DNA of 64,000 bases, from NCBI RefSeq assembly GCF_030684315.1, contig NC_081396.1:1488001-1552000 (forward strand), read 5' to 3'. A program made the translations under genes and the position numbers. Below the pieces are notes generated by a model. That model worked only from the letters and a program-made list of their open reading frames with translations, was not told the origin of the DNA and did not search any database. Origin of the DNA: Stegostoma tigrinum (taxonomy: Eukaryota). Positions 26,476 through 40,100 of this stretch are shown here, in pieces. Each line of letters opens with the position of its first letter. Position 1 is the first letter of the stretch.

Positions 26476-27572
26476 CAGAAGGCCAAACAGCATCTCAGGA
26501 GCACAAAAGCTGACGTTTCGTGCCTAGACCCTTCATCAGAGAGGGGCATGGGAAGAGGGAACTGGAATAAATAGGGAGAGAAGGGGACGCGGACCGAAGA
26601 TGGAGAGAAAACAAGATAGGTAGAGAGGAGAGTATAGGTGGAGAGGTAGGGAGGGGATAGGTCAGTCCAGGGAATATGGACAGGTCAAGGAGGCAGGATG
26701 AGGTGGTAGGTAGGAAATGAAGGTGCGGCTTGAGGTGGGAGGAAGGTATGGGTGAGAGGATGAACAGGTTAGGGAAGCAGAGACAGGCTGGGCTGGTTTT
26801 GGGACGCAGTCGGGGGATGGGACGAGCTGGGCTGGTTTTGGGATGCAGTCGGTGAAGGGGGAGATTTTGAGGCTTGTGAACTCCACATTGATAACTTTGT
26901 GCTGCAGGGTTCCCAAGCGGAATATGAGTTGCTGTTCCTGTAACCTTCGGGTGGCATCATTGTGGCTCTGCAGGAGGCAAATGATGGACATGTCATCTGA
27001 GGAATGGGAAGGGGAGTTGAAATGGTTCGCGACTGGGAGGTGCAGTTGTTTGTTGTGAACTGAGCGGAGGTGTTCTGCCAAGCGGTTCCCAAACCTCCGC
27101 TTGGTTTCTTCAATGTAGAGGAAGCCACACCGGGTGCAATGGATATAATATATCACATTGGCAGATGTGCAGGTGAACTGCATCCCAAAAGGAGACCAGC
27201 CTGTCTCTGCTTCCATAACCTGTTCTTCCTCTCACCCATCCCTTCCTCCCACCTCAAGCCGCACCTCCATTTCCGACCTACCACCTCATCCCGCCTCCTT
27301 GACTTGTCCATCTTCCCTGGACTGACGTATCCCCTCCCTACCTCCCCACCTATACTCTCCTCTCTACCTATCTTGTTTTCTCTCCATCTTCAGTCCCCCG
27401 CCTCCTCTGTCCCTATTTAGTCCACTTACCTCTCCCCATCCCTCTCTCTGATGAAGCGTCTAGGCCCAAAACATCAGCGTTTGTGCTCCTGAGATGCTGC
27501 TTGACCTGCTGCGTTCATCCAGCTCCACACTTTGTTTTCTTGGATTCTCCAGCATCTCCAGTTCCTATTATC
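26476..27572. mobile_element. Penelope (Neptune-type) element with ~315-bp inverted arms
   Basis: Arms ~26480-26791 and ~27196-27510 are reverse complements; hammerhead-like motifs at ~26509-26538 (-) and ~27448-27478 (+). Confidence 0.85.
26860..27185 (-). pseudogene. GIY-YIG endonuclease domain of the Penelope element
   Basis: FTCTSANVIYYIHCTRCGFLYIEETKRRFGNRLAEH...PVANHFNS...RRLQEQQLIFRLGTL. Confidence 0.85.
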
Positions 27573-28701
27573 ACAGAACAATACGTGACTTTGTTAACCA
27601 TGACTGGATACTGTACGCACAGACAGAATGCGAGGACGGAAACTGTGCTTCATAACTGATCAGAATTAGGTCTCAGTATTAGTCTGGACAAAAACAAATA
27701 AACCTTCTGCCGTTCTCACAACAAAATATTGCGGATGAATTTCGAGAGACTGACCCTTGATAAGACGATATCTGAATGGTCAGTGGGTTAACTGAAAGGA
27801 CGGTAAATAGAAATAAACTATACATTTGCTTCGGAGTCAGTTTGAATGCGTACCTGCGAATATTATCTCATGCTTCACCATGATTGTCGACACCCTAACA
27901 TAGTTTCATTATTTACAGCATTATCTCTTCGCAAATTATTTTCTTCTGGTTCAAATAAATCCGCAGTTTAGTGCAAAACATAAGTAAATATCGCAGAATT
28001 AATAGCACTTCTGATAATTGAATAGAATGGGTAATCAGCTTCAAACCTGCAGAAACACAGCTGAAAGTTTCTGAAACAGGAAGCATCAAGAGTGTTAAAA
28101 TATGGTACAAGAAGCAAGCATGATCTCTGTTAATCTGCTTAGAGATTGTTGAATGGCTAGGCTTTGAATTCACCTGAGTTCCATGTCTCTCATCATTATC
28201 CGCCCACTTTGATGATTCCCAGGGAATCACGCAGACTTATTCCATAGTGCATTGTCACTGGGTTATTGGAAGACAACGATCTGAATGTTCATTCTGAATA
28301 TTACACAACTTCTCTGAATCAATTCCAGGGAAGACGTCCGTGTGATAATGTTAGCTTCTCCTCAAAATATCTCTGTGGCTGCGTACTTGTTATGATATAT
28401 CGACACAAGCCCTTCTTCTGATATTTACACATTAATTATGATTTGGAATGGATGAAACACATAAGCTTTTACCCTTGAATGTTGTTTAGTTATATGTAGT
28501 ATTTCGAGGAATCATCCAAGGTTCTTCTTTTAGATAATCACCAAGTGACTCCAGGTTACTGTTGAAAAAGCAGCTTATGTTTCAGATGCAGAACGTTGTT
28601 CAGTTACTCAGTCTTTCTCCCCGTGCATCTGGCAAAAAGTATGTACGGGAGCATAATAGTGATCCGTGTGTTTGTGGGTGTGCATATGTATACAGGTGTG
28701 T

Positions 28702-28832
28702 NNNNNNNNNNNNNNNNNNNNNNNNNNNNNNNNNNNNNNNNNNNNNNNNNNNNNNNNNNNNNNNNNNNNNNNNNNNNNNNNNNNNNNNNNNNNNNNNNNN
28801 NNNNNNNNNNNNNNNNNNNNNNNNNNNNNNNN
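28702..28832. other. Assembly gap within a (TG)n-like tract
   Basis: Run of N flanked by TG-rich sequence. Confidence 1.
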
Positions 28833-31800
28833 TGCATGTGTGCCCAAAAGGGAGTGTGAATGGGTGCGGGGTTGCGGGGGAGGGGTGCTGCGGTGGTCGT
28901 CGTGGAGAAGTTGGTGTGCTGGAGAAAACATGCCTGGTTAGTCACACGATTGTTTGATAATGAGCTGGCTGGATCAACAATCTGTGAAACCCAGGATACT
29001 GCTTGAGAACTGGAGTTCGAATCGCTCCACAGTAAAAACTGCATTTTCAATTCAATTCTTAAAACTGGTGGAGAATGTTGATCTCATGGTAACCATGAGA
29101 CAGCGATCAGAAAAATGCCAATCTGCTGAACTGATGTCTTTATCTAGCCACCTGGTGATTCCGGTGGCTCAGCAATGACGTAGGTAGCTCCTTAAGTGGC
29201 CAATCAAGACACTCATATGGGCCAAACTTCTGGTACCCCACATGAAAGCAGTGATGACTAGTTGGCCGACATGGCATCAGCCAATTTATTTGGAAACGCG
29301 AGTAACACAGATATCCATTATGATACCGCAAATTCATCAGCTGGACTTGTTCGTCTCTCCTCAATAACATTACATGGACTGCAGAATGTTAAAAGTCATC
29401 TGTCTATCGCATTCGCAAGTGATGTTTGATAAATGATGGCTTGTTTATGATTACCCAATGAAATGAATGGAATTAATCAGGCCAGTTTTCAAAATGTTTC
29501 CATTGACTGATGTCTCTCGGCTTGGTCTTACACTTTCACGAAAGAATGAACATGAATCCTCTGTTTTCTCTTTGTGTTTTCTCTTTATTTTGGAAATAAA
29601 TGTTTCACTCCATACCTAAATGGTGAAACAAAGTTGGCCTGCCACGTTACTAAGTAAAAGTGGGCATATCTGAGAGAATGATTTATTTGAAACTTGGAAG
29701 TAAACATAACATGTCTCGATTCCTAGCGGTGTAGCATTGTTGTGTAACAAATGGCTGAAGTGAAATTGGCCTAGGTGTTTTTTTTTTAAATACTGGGCAG
29801 AATTGAGAGAAAGCTGGTGTGTGACGCTGGGGTGAAGCTTGTTCCGCCTTCATGGAGCTGAAATCATTCCACGATGCGATTTACTGTCACCTGCCTTGCA
29901 AATGGCAAGAAATGCTAATCAGAGTGGTCCTGACGCTTTGATTGCATTAATGAAACGCCACAATTTGTTGAAGTGACAGACAACCAGGACCTTATGTTTT
30001 TGCAGAGAAAAGATCAATCTTCTGCAAAGTTTAAACCAGTCTGCCTTTTGCCTCTTGTTATGGAACAGACAAATTCCCTCAATAATTACCAAAGGAATAA
30101 TCTAGACTCAAATACTTATCTTATTCAAAAGAAAGTGTAAGGCCGTCCGTTTCAGACGTGATTTGTTTGGTAAACTATTTGGCCTTAATCAAAACACAAT
30201 TTATTCATGCACAATACTTAAATTATTCAAAGTGAAACATGGGAAGAGTTGGCAGCACTATCTCTGTCGAAGTAATTAATTAAAATAATCCATATTAAAA
30301 CGACTATGCACCCACTGTTCCACTATAGCAGTATCCCATGAACAATCGGTTAACAAGGACAACTTCAGCAACACAGATCTCCCTAACTTGATATTTGCAG
30401 TCCAGGGAAATGTCGAGCCAAGAGCAGAAAACTAGAAGTAAAGAGAAATAACTCAGCCCTTTTCTTTGCAGCAGTGAATGACTATACTTGGATCTTGCTT
30501 CAAAACCCCAGGTTCAACAAATCAAAGCGAAAACTACATGCTTGTGTTTGGTTGACCCTTCTCCACTCAGATGGCAGCTACAAAATGAAGACTTTAAAAA
30601 ATCAGAAAATAGGCTGTGGGAGGGATGAGGAGTAAGCTATTGGAGGATACGGAGTCCAACGAGAGAGAATAAACAGAGAAAGAGGAGGATTTAGATTGAA
30701 ATTTAGAATTGATTGTCACGTATACTCGAATACAGGAAATCAGGATTTCAGTGAAAAGTGTCCAAGGTCACAATTCTTTAACGGCCACCTATGCACTCAA
30801 AGAACAGGATTTTTAAAAAAATATTTGAAAAAGCTAAAAGAAAATTAAACGTACAGATGATTCCTTCGCTTCCTTGCCTCCAGACAAATAAAGCCAGCCT
30901 TCAGTCTGTGGACACTCAGGTGTCCCGAGTTCCTGCACTCCACATCCTCCGTGAAATACCATATCTTGGAGATTCGGAGTCGCTAGTGGGGCTGTGTCGT
31001 CACTCTTCAGTGCCATCTTGCCTCAAACGATGCCGCCATCACCATGTGTCTGCACGAGGCACATCTTAGCGGACAGCTGTCCCTAAAGGCGCCAGACCGC
31101 ACAATGTTTTCACACTTGACGTTCAGCACACTGTGGTGAAGCAGCCAGAGGCTCCTTCCAGTTTAGTTTGCCGCCATCTCCGATCGCTGGAGCATATACA
31201 GCTTCTGAACAGAAGATGTTGTAATTGCAGCTTTATGGCATTTAATCTGTCGGCAGCTACTCAGGGTTCTTCAATGACAGAAGCCGCGTTAAAAGACGTC
31301 TTCTTAACAGGAGCCAGTCAACCAGTTAACGGCTAACCAAATAAAATCAATAAACACCAATAGGCAATCTTAGTGGCTGACAATGAATTAGTGTAGTGAC
31401 AGACCATTAGACAACAAGGCCTGATGTGCTAGGATGGGGAAAAGCTTTGAAAAAGTCTCTGAACTCCTTGAGAAAAACTCCTGAACTGACCATTATCCAC
31501 TCTTTTCACTGATCAATTTTGAACATCTGTTTGGGCTCTGTTTCCCGCTATCATTTAATCATCCCCATTCTACCCGCCAAACTTTCTGCATACGTAAACA
31601 ACAAAACTAGCTTCCATAAGTACTGAAGAACTGTCCCTGAAATCGAACCATTAACAGTGTTTTGTTTGCACAGATGATGCCAGGCCTACTGGGTTCCCCA
31701 GCAATTTCAGTTTGTGATCAACTGGGGTCTGCTGATGTCTGGCACCACAATCTATTCAAACAAAATTCACTTCCACAATGAGAGAGGAAAGAGAGTGAAA

Positions 31801-33535
31801 ACTCTCATACAATAGCTGCACGTTTCTGGATAACAGCTGATGTCGGTTCAGCTGCTCATAGCAACTGGTCTCAGATAATGATGCTTCAGAGTCTTTGTCT
31901 ACACCGAAATCCCAGTTAACAATTCAAATAAATACCTTGCAAAATCCTTCACAACAACTATGATTCTAATATTGTGTTTACAACAGGATTACAGAATTAG
32001 CTGCTATTTATTATGAATTCCTTGCGAGTCCAAAGGCAGTTTCTTTAACCTTTGTGGACGTCCTGCCTCTACATATTTGTGCAAAACTCTGCTTTGGAAA
32101 AAAAAATGAACACCTAGTATGTGAAGTGGAATTCCAGAACGTAGTATGATCGGCAGTCTGACATTTCAAAAATCCCCAACAATTAAACTAATTTGAACAA
32201 AAACCATTGAAAGTTTAGGGGAAGAAAATAGAAACACTGATGATAGGAGCAGGTGGAAGTCTTTCGTGCCTGCAAGCCTACTCTGTCATTCTTCACGATC
32301 ATGGCTGATCATTCAACTCATTAGCTTTGATTCCATTCGTCGTCCAAGGGCTGAATCTAATCCCAGCTTTGATTTTGGCATCATGTACTGTCGAAACGGA
32401 GATACGAAGCAGTATTGTAAAGTGTTGATATTATAAGTCAGGTGAAGTAGACATTTCGCTATCTCTGTCTTTTCAAACTTTTTTTTCAAAATTACCCAGG
32501 ATAAAATACTCTAATAAATATAAAATTATATATATATATATAAAATAATATGTAATATAAAATATTGGTACAGTGGCTCAGTGGTTATCACTGCTGCCTG
32601 TGACGACGTTGTCACTTCTAAAAGAATATTTATTCCTTGGTAATTTTGAAAAAAAAGCTTGTAAAGACGGAGATAGCCAAATGTCTACGTCATCTGATTT
32701 ATAATACCAGCACTTTAAGAGACTGGTGTGTATTTTAAAAAAAAGCTTAACAATGGACAGGGAGTGGCCAGTGCTCCCAAATCTGTTTTTTTTTAGTTTT
32801 TATTTCGCTTTGGAAGTTGGAATTTGTTGTGGACCCAGAAAGATTGAAAGCTTCAGTAAATCACTTCTAACAGGGACTTTTTCTGAAAACTCTCTTGGTG
32901 TTGTTTAATCTTGGAAAGTGGTTAAACAAATGAGGTTGCTTGTGGCCACATGGTTTCTTCTTGTTCCTACCACAGTTGCTACAAGCACTTGTGAGGAACT
33001 CGCATCAGTATAAGAGGAGGTAGTGGGGTAGTACAAGTAGGTGAATAAAGCCATCGTTAACATTGCAGAAGCTGAAGGAAAGCGTTTCAGGAAAATAAGG
33101 TGGGGGTGCAGTTGTTGAATGTACTTTGAGTTTCAAAGGATAAGGCAAAGCAACTTTCATAGGTAGACGACAAGGGCATTGAATATAAATCAAACATATG
33201 ACACTATTAGAGCGACGAATATTTTAGAAGTGTTGAAAAAAAAAACCTTCTTCAGTCGTGAGTAAGAGCAGTAAGATTAGCAGCTGAAATATTTGGAGTT
33301 ATGAGGCAGTTCATCGATCAAAGTTTGGCTTCCACCAACAAATTCAATCCGAGAGAATAGAAATGGGAAAAAGAGAAATCCTCGGGTGAGAAAAGAAAAG
33401 TACATTTCATTAAAGATATTACAGATAGTATCCCACCGGGAAAGAAGGAAACCCCAGAATGGGGAAGAGAAGTAAAAAGGTTCAGGTGATTTCACTGCAA
33501 TAAAGTAGATTTCATGAGGTCATAATGTTAGGCCG

Positions 33536-33680
33536 CAAGGTATAGAGCTGGAAGAAAACAGCAGGCCAAGCAGCATCATGGAAGCATGCTCGTCTGATGC
33601 TGCTTGGCTTGCGGCGTGCATTCAGCTCTACAACTTGTTATTTCAGATTCTCCAGCATCTTCAGTTCATACTACCTCTAA
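33536..33680. mobile_element. Fold-back Penelope pLTR mini-element inserted in Gypsy gag
   Basis: Inverted arms 'gagctggaagaaaacagcaggccaagcagcatca' / 'tgatgctgcttggcttgcggcgtgcattcagctc'. Confidence 0.65.
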
Positions 33681-36600
33681 AACGTCAAAATGTTGGTGGA
33701 TTTGAAAATACACTGCAAGGTGGGTGCAGGAAAACAGAATAAGTCACCGAACTATGTTTAATTGGGAAAGAAATGCACGGTGAAATGCAAAAATCTGCAG
33801 CAGTATATGTAATCAGGTCGAAGGTGGACTAAGAAGAAAGTGACAGATTTTTTAAAAAAATAGTTATTTGTAGGAGCAAGAGCTACGGGATCATGTCAAT
33901 CTCTAATGTTGACAGATGAGGGGATATAAAATTCAGAAGGCCTTTCCACAGAAAGAAATACATAATGAGTGAAATTCATGATGAGATAAGAAATGCACTT
34001 TATGGGAAGTGAGGTTTGAGTGTCTAGTGAAAAGCGCAGAGCTGGCCAAAGGAGTATTGGACAAAAGGGCAGTTCCAGGAATAAAATTTATCCTTGATAC
34101 CGATTTAGGTGAATTACAGATAGGAGTACTGCCTACTGTGCTTGAAAAGCAGTGAAAAATTAGGCCACTGACGCTTAAGAGGAAGTATATTTTCTGGAAT
34201 TTTTCTGGTCTCAAAGGTGACCCTTTAAAGCAGAATTGGAAAGCCAAACACAAAAGCAACGAGATTGAAGGATATTTATCAGACACCACGGTTGACCGAA
34301 TGGCTACTAAAAAGACACAAGAGCATCTGGATGGTAAAGTGGATATCTATATTCCAGAGAAGTAAACAGAGTTACAACAGAAAGATGAAGCAATCGTTTC
34401 AAAAAGCATGCTGAAAGATGGGTTTATTTCCGAATGTTAACATCTTTAAAAATGATGTCTTTACGAGACAATAGAGACCAACAAATAGTCTGCTGAATTA
34501 ACAATTCGTGCAAGTTTAACAGGAACAAAAACAAAGTTGCTGGAAAAGATCAGCAGGTCTGGTAGCATCTGTTGAGGAGAGAAGAGGAAAGAGTTAACGT
34601 CTCGGGTCCGGTGACCCTTCCTGATTTTCAGCATCCGCTGTTCTTTTGGTTCTTCTTTAGAAGTTTATGTACTTGCATGAACATGGTAAGGTAAGGTTAA
34701 AAAAAGGAGGTATTGTTGGTAGCTCATGAATTATAAGTTGGACGCCACTCAAGGTAAAAAAAGAATTCTCATGCCAAAGTTTGTTTTTTTATGTTGGCCT
34801 GAAAAGCAGAATAATGCAGTTAAATTTTGTCAGACATTTCATGTGTCATATATCACATGTTTTGAGTAATTGCAAAACGTCAGACAGTAATTAGTATGCA
34901 TTCATAGGCGCGATTAGTATGCATTCGTTGCATTTTAGGAACCTTTCATAAGAGTTTTAATTGACTGCAACATAAAACAAGAAGTGGGAGTCAATATTTG
35001 TTGACAATAATGGAAGTGCCAACCAGATTTCCAGAGGTCATTTCATCACGCAATATCACAGCTGAAAGCATTGTAGAAAATGCTGCTCAAATTTACGACA
35101 AGATACTGACGACCCAAAGAGTCGCAATCAGACCAAGGTTCAAATTTTGCATCATAAATATTCAGGGAAGTTATGCATAGCTTAGAAACAAATCAAGTGA
35201 AACCCACCACCTGCCGTCCAGAATCGCAGTCAGTTTATAACGATGGCATCAATCATTAAATCACATGTTGAAGGCTCATAGTCAAGGCTATCGAGGCGAC
35301 TTGGATAAAATAATTCCATATGACATCTTGCCATTAGGGATGCAATAAATGAATTTGCCACATGGAGTCCATTTGAATTAGATTTTGGACAAGACGGGTG
35401 AGAGGGCCACTAAAGGTAACTAAGGTGAAATTGGTGAGTCAGAGTTTACAGAACACATATTTGGGCCCTGCTTCAAATTTCAGGGAATGAATGAATAGAA
35501 TACGAGAGCTGGCTGGTCATTATTTAAAATTCGAATTCGCACAGTATGTGTTGAAACAGTGGCGGGCGAGCCTTTAAAAACAATGTTTAGTGAGCCTTTG
35601 CCAATCCAAAAAGCATTGATTTCAAGATAACATAGTGTGCAACTGACTGTGTTATCTCTGACTCCAACATTGACAGTTATTATTAACTCTGAGAAATTGA
35701 GTGATGTGAATTATTTACAAGGACTCCTGAAGGAAAGAAGCATCACAGACAGTGTCATGTGAATATGCTCAATATGCAGTTTGATCGTAAAGGAAAGCAG
35801 TAGGAGAACCTGTTCCTGGTTAACACACAAAATAAAAATCCCAGTTCAGATGCTTCTTACTTGTACATTCCTCATATTGAAACGGCAAGTGAGGAAGTTT
35901 TCAAATATGGGATAAATTATTGAGTTCCCTTCGAGACGAAAATCGACATGACCTGATAAAATGTATTCCCATCATTGGGGAGATATATGGAAATAAGCTG
36001 GGAAGAACTAATTTAATCATTCATGATACAGATACAGGAAGTGCAGTTTCAATTCAGAAATATCCTTGTGGACATAACCATCTAAAGTCAGCACGAGTTC
36101 AAGAAGAAATTTACCACATGCTCGAAGACAATATAACCAACATGAGTTACAATGACTAGAGATCTCCCATCGTAATGTCACCAAAGCAGGATGGTACCCT
36201 ACGATTATGTGTGGTCCAATGCAACGTTACTCCAGTGAAAATGTATGATCCTCTTCTGATTCCACAGTTGCAAGAAAGTATTGAGAAGGTGGGACAACTA
36301 CTTATCTTTGTAAAGAGGGCTTAGTCAGAAGACAGTTACAAATACGTTTATCCAAAATAGTGAAGGCATTTTTGGCTCTTGTGGAACCCATTAGACTGTG
36401 CCAATTTTGACGTGATGTCATTTTGTCTCAAAAGTGCGAGAACCACACTTCAGAAACGAAAAATTAAAAAAGAATTTTGGATTTCCGAATTGTGTTGTGT
36501 TCATCAACAGCTTCGTGATTTTTGGTCACAAACAGATAGGACATTTGCAGCATTTATCAGATTGATTCCATTGACTTCGGGTAGACGTCTTGGAAAGAAA

Positions 36601-36849
36601 CGTGGCTAAGGCTGAATTTGCAAAAGCCCAAGTCACGTTCCTGAACCATGCTATTGGACATGACCAAATGATCTCAAAAATTGTGAAAACAACGGTTATA
36701 AAAGGGTTTCCCATGCCATTGATGAAGAGAGCAGCACAATGACTTTTGGTATTGCATGGGTACTATCAGAAGTTGATGCAGAATTTTGGCAGTGTTGTTG
36801 CACGACTGACTGACCTTTTGACCATATGCAAATAATGTCACAGATCATA

Positions 36850-37128
36850 AAGTTCCTACGGTTTGGAAACAGGCTCTTTGGTGCAACTCTGATATTCAGA
36901 ACATCAAATCAGGCCCTTTCCCGTATAACCTAATCTACACAGCCCTAAACACTATGGCCAATTTGGCATAACCAGTCCAATTTGCGTGCACACCCTTGGA
37001 CTGTTGGAGGAGGCCAACATAGACATGTGGAGAACATAGAAACACTGGATAGACAGTCGCAGGAGGTTGGAATCAAACCTAGCTTTCTGATGCTTTGAGG
37101 TTCACTGCTAACGTCTGAGCCACCATGA
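36850..37128 (-). mobile_element. HE1-like SINE nested in Gypsy pol
   Basis: 'ctaatctacacagccctaaacactatggccaattt...ctgctaacgtctgagccaccatg' is the reverse of the HE1 body and head. Confidence 0.65.
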
Positions 37129-40100
37129 CTTCAGACTGACAGAAGGCATTTCGCAGCATGAAAGCTGTTTTACCCTCAGCGACAGTAAGAACCACATTTG
37201 TTCACATCAAGCCATGCAACGTGGCTATTGATGCAAGTGAAATGGGTTTTGGGTTGTCGTCTTTCGAGAAGAGGACACAAAGGTAGAAAGAGAGAGGGGG
37301 TATGTTTCCAGAAAGTTGAATGCTCATTTTATGTAATATCCTATGACTAAGAAGGAGACCTTGAGTACTCCATTGGCATTACAACATTTCAAATTTTATA
37401 ACGCTGGTAATGTGTCTGAGATAATTGGGCATACTGACTAAAACTGAATAAAATTTTTTTGGAAAAATCTAAACACAAACATTTCAGACTGTTTGGATGG
37501 TATTTATTACTGCAGGCGTTAATTTGAAAATTTTGCCAAAAATATCATCCTGATGTGAATGAGGAAAGATGGAGGTGTTCAGTGGCAGGAGGAGACAGAA
37601 TGAAATACTATGTCGAAGTGAATTTTTATGTCAATGCATAGTAGTGTACTAATTAAGTAAGATTAAGGTTTTTAAAATGAAGCCAACTTTACATCTGAGT
37701 GGCCTTATACTTTCACGGTTGCGGCGGAGCGGGCGGGGGGGGGGCACGGAGAGTGTAACGATGCTGTCACAGTAAAAAGGTTATTTTATCCTGAATTTGT
37801 GAAGTCAGAGATGCTGAAATATCAATTGATCTAACCCAAACTAACCCTTTCAGTTTTTTTATTAATTCCTTAAAACTTCATTTTTAACAATGGGAGAGGA
37901 ATGGCTGCTTTTCAGACATCAAGTTTCCTGGATTTTCAGAGCTTCAGCAATTGGAACATTTTGGAGTCCCAGAAAGCTTGCAAGCTTCAGAAAATGGTTC
38001 CAAACTCGCTTTCGCTGAAATATCTCTTTTGATATATTCTCCTTCCTCGATTGCAAATTGCCTGTAAGCACATGTATTCGAATTCACCTTTCTGCCAAGG
38101 GATGTGTTTCAGGGATGATGAATAGACAATGGATAATGATGTTAATGCAACAATCTGAAAGGAGGACTATGGTGTTTTCTCTGAAAGGTTAGTTAGAAAA
38201 TAGAATTAAAATTCAACCTATTTAAAATTATTGTTGATCCCGTTACATTTATTATTGTCATTTACCGAACTTTTTTTTGAATTGAACTACTATTTTGCGT
38301 GTGAGTTTCGAAGGCTGTTTATCATTTCTTTCTGGATAGCCGTTTTTCCTATGTGTTATTAGGGCAATAGTTTTGGTATTTCTGCTTCAGCATTCCACAT
38401 TTTCGATTTTTACCTCAGTAGCCATTTTTCCACAGTCTTCACTCGGTTATGAATTTTCTGACTTTCCTTCAGCCTGTCACTTATCCACCTTGTCTGCTCC
38501 ACACGTAATTCCAGGCCGACAGCAACGTGTTTGGTTCTCAACTGCCCTTTCAGCAAATAGGTATCCACGTTAAATGTTCGTCCAGATAGTGATGCACTCA
38601 TCCTGGGAACGAATTTTAGATTAAAAAATGTAACGTTCTTCAGGGGAGGCAGTGCTTCATTCAGCGTGCATATTCATGCTATGCAATATTCGAACAGCTT
38701 CAAGAAAGCTGAACTCATCAGATAAGGTGGTACGCAAATAAAATACATTTGTTTGAATTATTTTCTTATCTGTACAGTCGTGTATTTCTGTTGCAAATAA
38801 AAAATCATCAAGACTGCAAGCAAAGTCAGAGCAGGCATTTGGTAAGTTTTTTTTTTGCTTCACCAATTCATAACTTGAGGTAATTACCTGTTAGGCAGCA
38901 CTTATTGCCCGGGGGCCAGTGAAGAGACAAACATATTGCTGTGAATCTGGAATTATGTGTAGGTTAGACTACGTAAGGATGGCAATTTGATTCCCAAAAG
39001 GACGTCAGTGAACCAGGTTTTTTTTCTCCCCGAACAATCGGTAATGGATACACAGTCATCATTAGAGTCTTAATTCCAGATATTTTTCGAATGCATATTT
39101 CACGATTTGCTGTGGTGGGACCCGAACACAGATCCTCCGAACGCTACTTGGGTGTTTGGGTTAACAGTCCAGCGACAATATCATTAGGCCATCATCATCA
39201 GCAAAGCAATCTCTCACAAACCTTTTAAACAAATAATCACATCAGAATACAACGAATAAAAATGGAAAGGTGGAAATCGTAACCAATGATGCATCTAGTG
39301 GTTGGTATTGAATATTTGATACATATCAAATCAGTGCTTTTCAATAAAATGTTCAGAAAATCCAGGTTTGTTAGCAGTTTGCACACCCTCTCCTGTGTCT
39401 CTCCTGGGAATGGGGAAAACGCAGAAAGCAGGCCCTGGACAGATCTCCAAATTTTGGGATGAAGAATTTTAGGCTCGTAATGTATGTTGATGGCACATTC
39501 GAAAGGAATACTAATCAACCATTTTGGCCATGTGGCGAACGTTAAGAGTCTCTTTCAACCCGTTTTACTGTCGCAGGCTCCTGGAATATGGAGTCTGCAA
39601 AATTAATCGCTGAAGAATTTAGAACTGAAATAAAATGGAATCATACAGTATCATTTTATTCAATTCACCCCATCGAGGTATTGAAATGCATAGAAAATAG
39701 ACATAAAACAAGTATTTTTACAGGTGGCCTTGACAATATTTCTTACATATCAATATTTTGTTATTTGGTGAACTTACCAGATAACTGAGATGTATCAGTT
39801 ATTAATGTACAAAAAGTAGCAGGTAATATGATTGTTGAGCTGAATTTGGACCTGCAAGACAGAATTGAAGAAAATTGTTCCAACTCTAAACTGATGGGGG
39901 GCTTGAGGTGAAGGAGCCAAATCTGAAATATTTCAGCTCAGATTTCAGTAAATGTCAGCCATACCTTGCCTTTCTGCAAGTTAGTTCATTCCTGACAGAC
40001 TCACCAGGTGACATCTAATCACTTTGTCGCCTTTGGTTTCTGGTCGATGACATTAGCGGGTTCATCAACACAACAACAAGAATAGGAAATAGCAGAGACT

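Larger units (their letters stand above)
32599..38300 (+). mobile_element. Decayed Gypsy LTR retrotransposon, Gmr1-type domain order (integrase before RT)
   Basis: 5' LTR starts 'tgtgacgacgttgtcac' (32599); 3' LTR starts 'tgtaacgatgctgtcac' (37754) after a G-rich PPT. Gag knuckle relic ~33490-33710, integrase 'LTIMEVPTRFPE' ~35000, RT 'GRTNLIIHD.DTG' ~36000, RNase H 'DASE.G.G' ~37230. Right boundary uncertain. Confidence 0.75.

Noticed and set aside
28030-28320. IWYKKQ...SAHFDDSQGIT...LLED, a possible V relic
   Set aside because: No recognisable cysteines or RSS; too weak to call without an HMM search.
30056-30600. Possible solo Gypsy LTR
   Set aside because: Resemblance only; termini and target-site duplication could not be defined.
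34890-34927. 14-bp direct repeat attagtatgcattc
   Set aside because: Local micro-duplication inside a dead Gypsy element.
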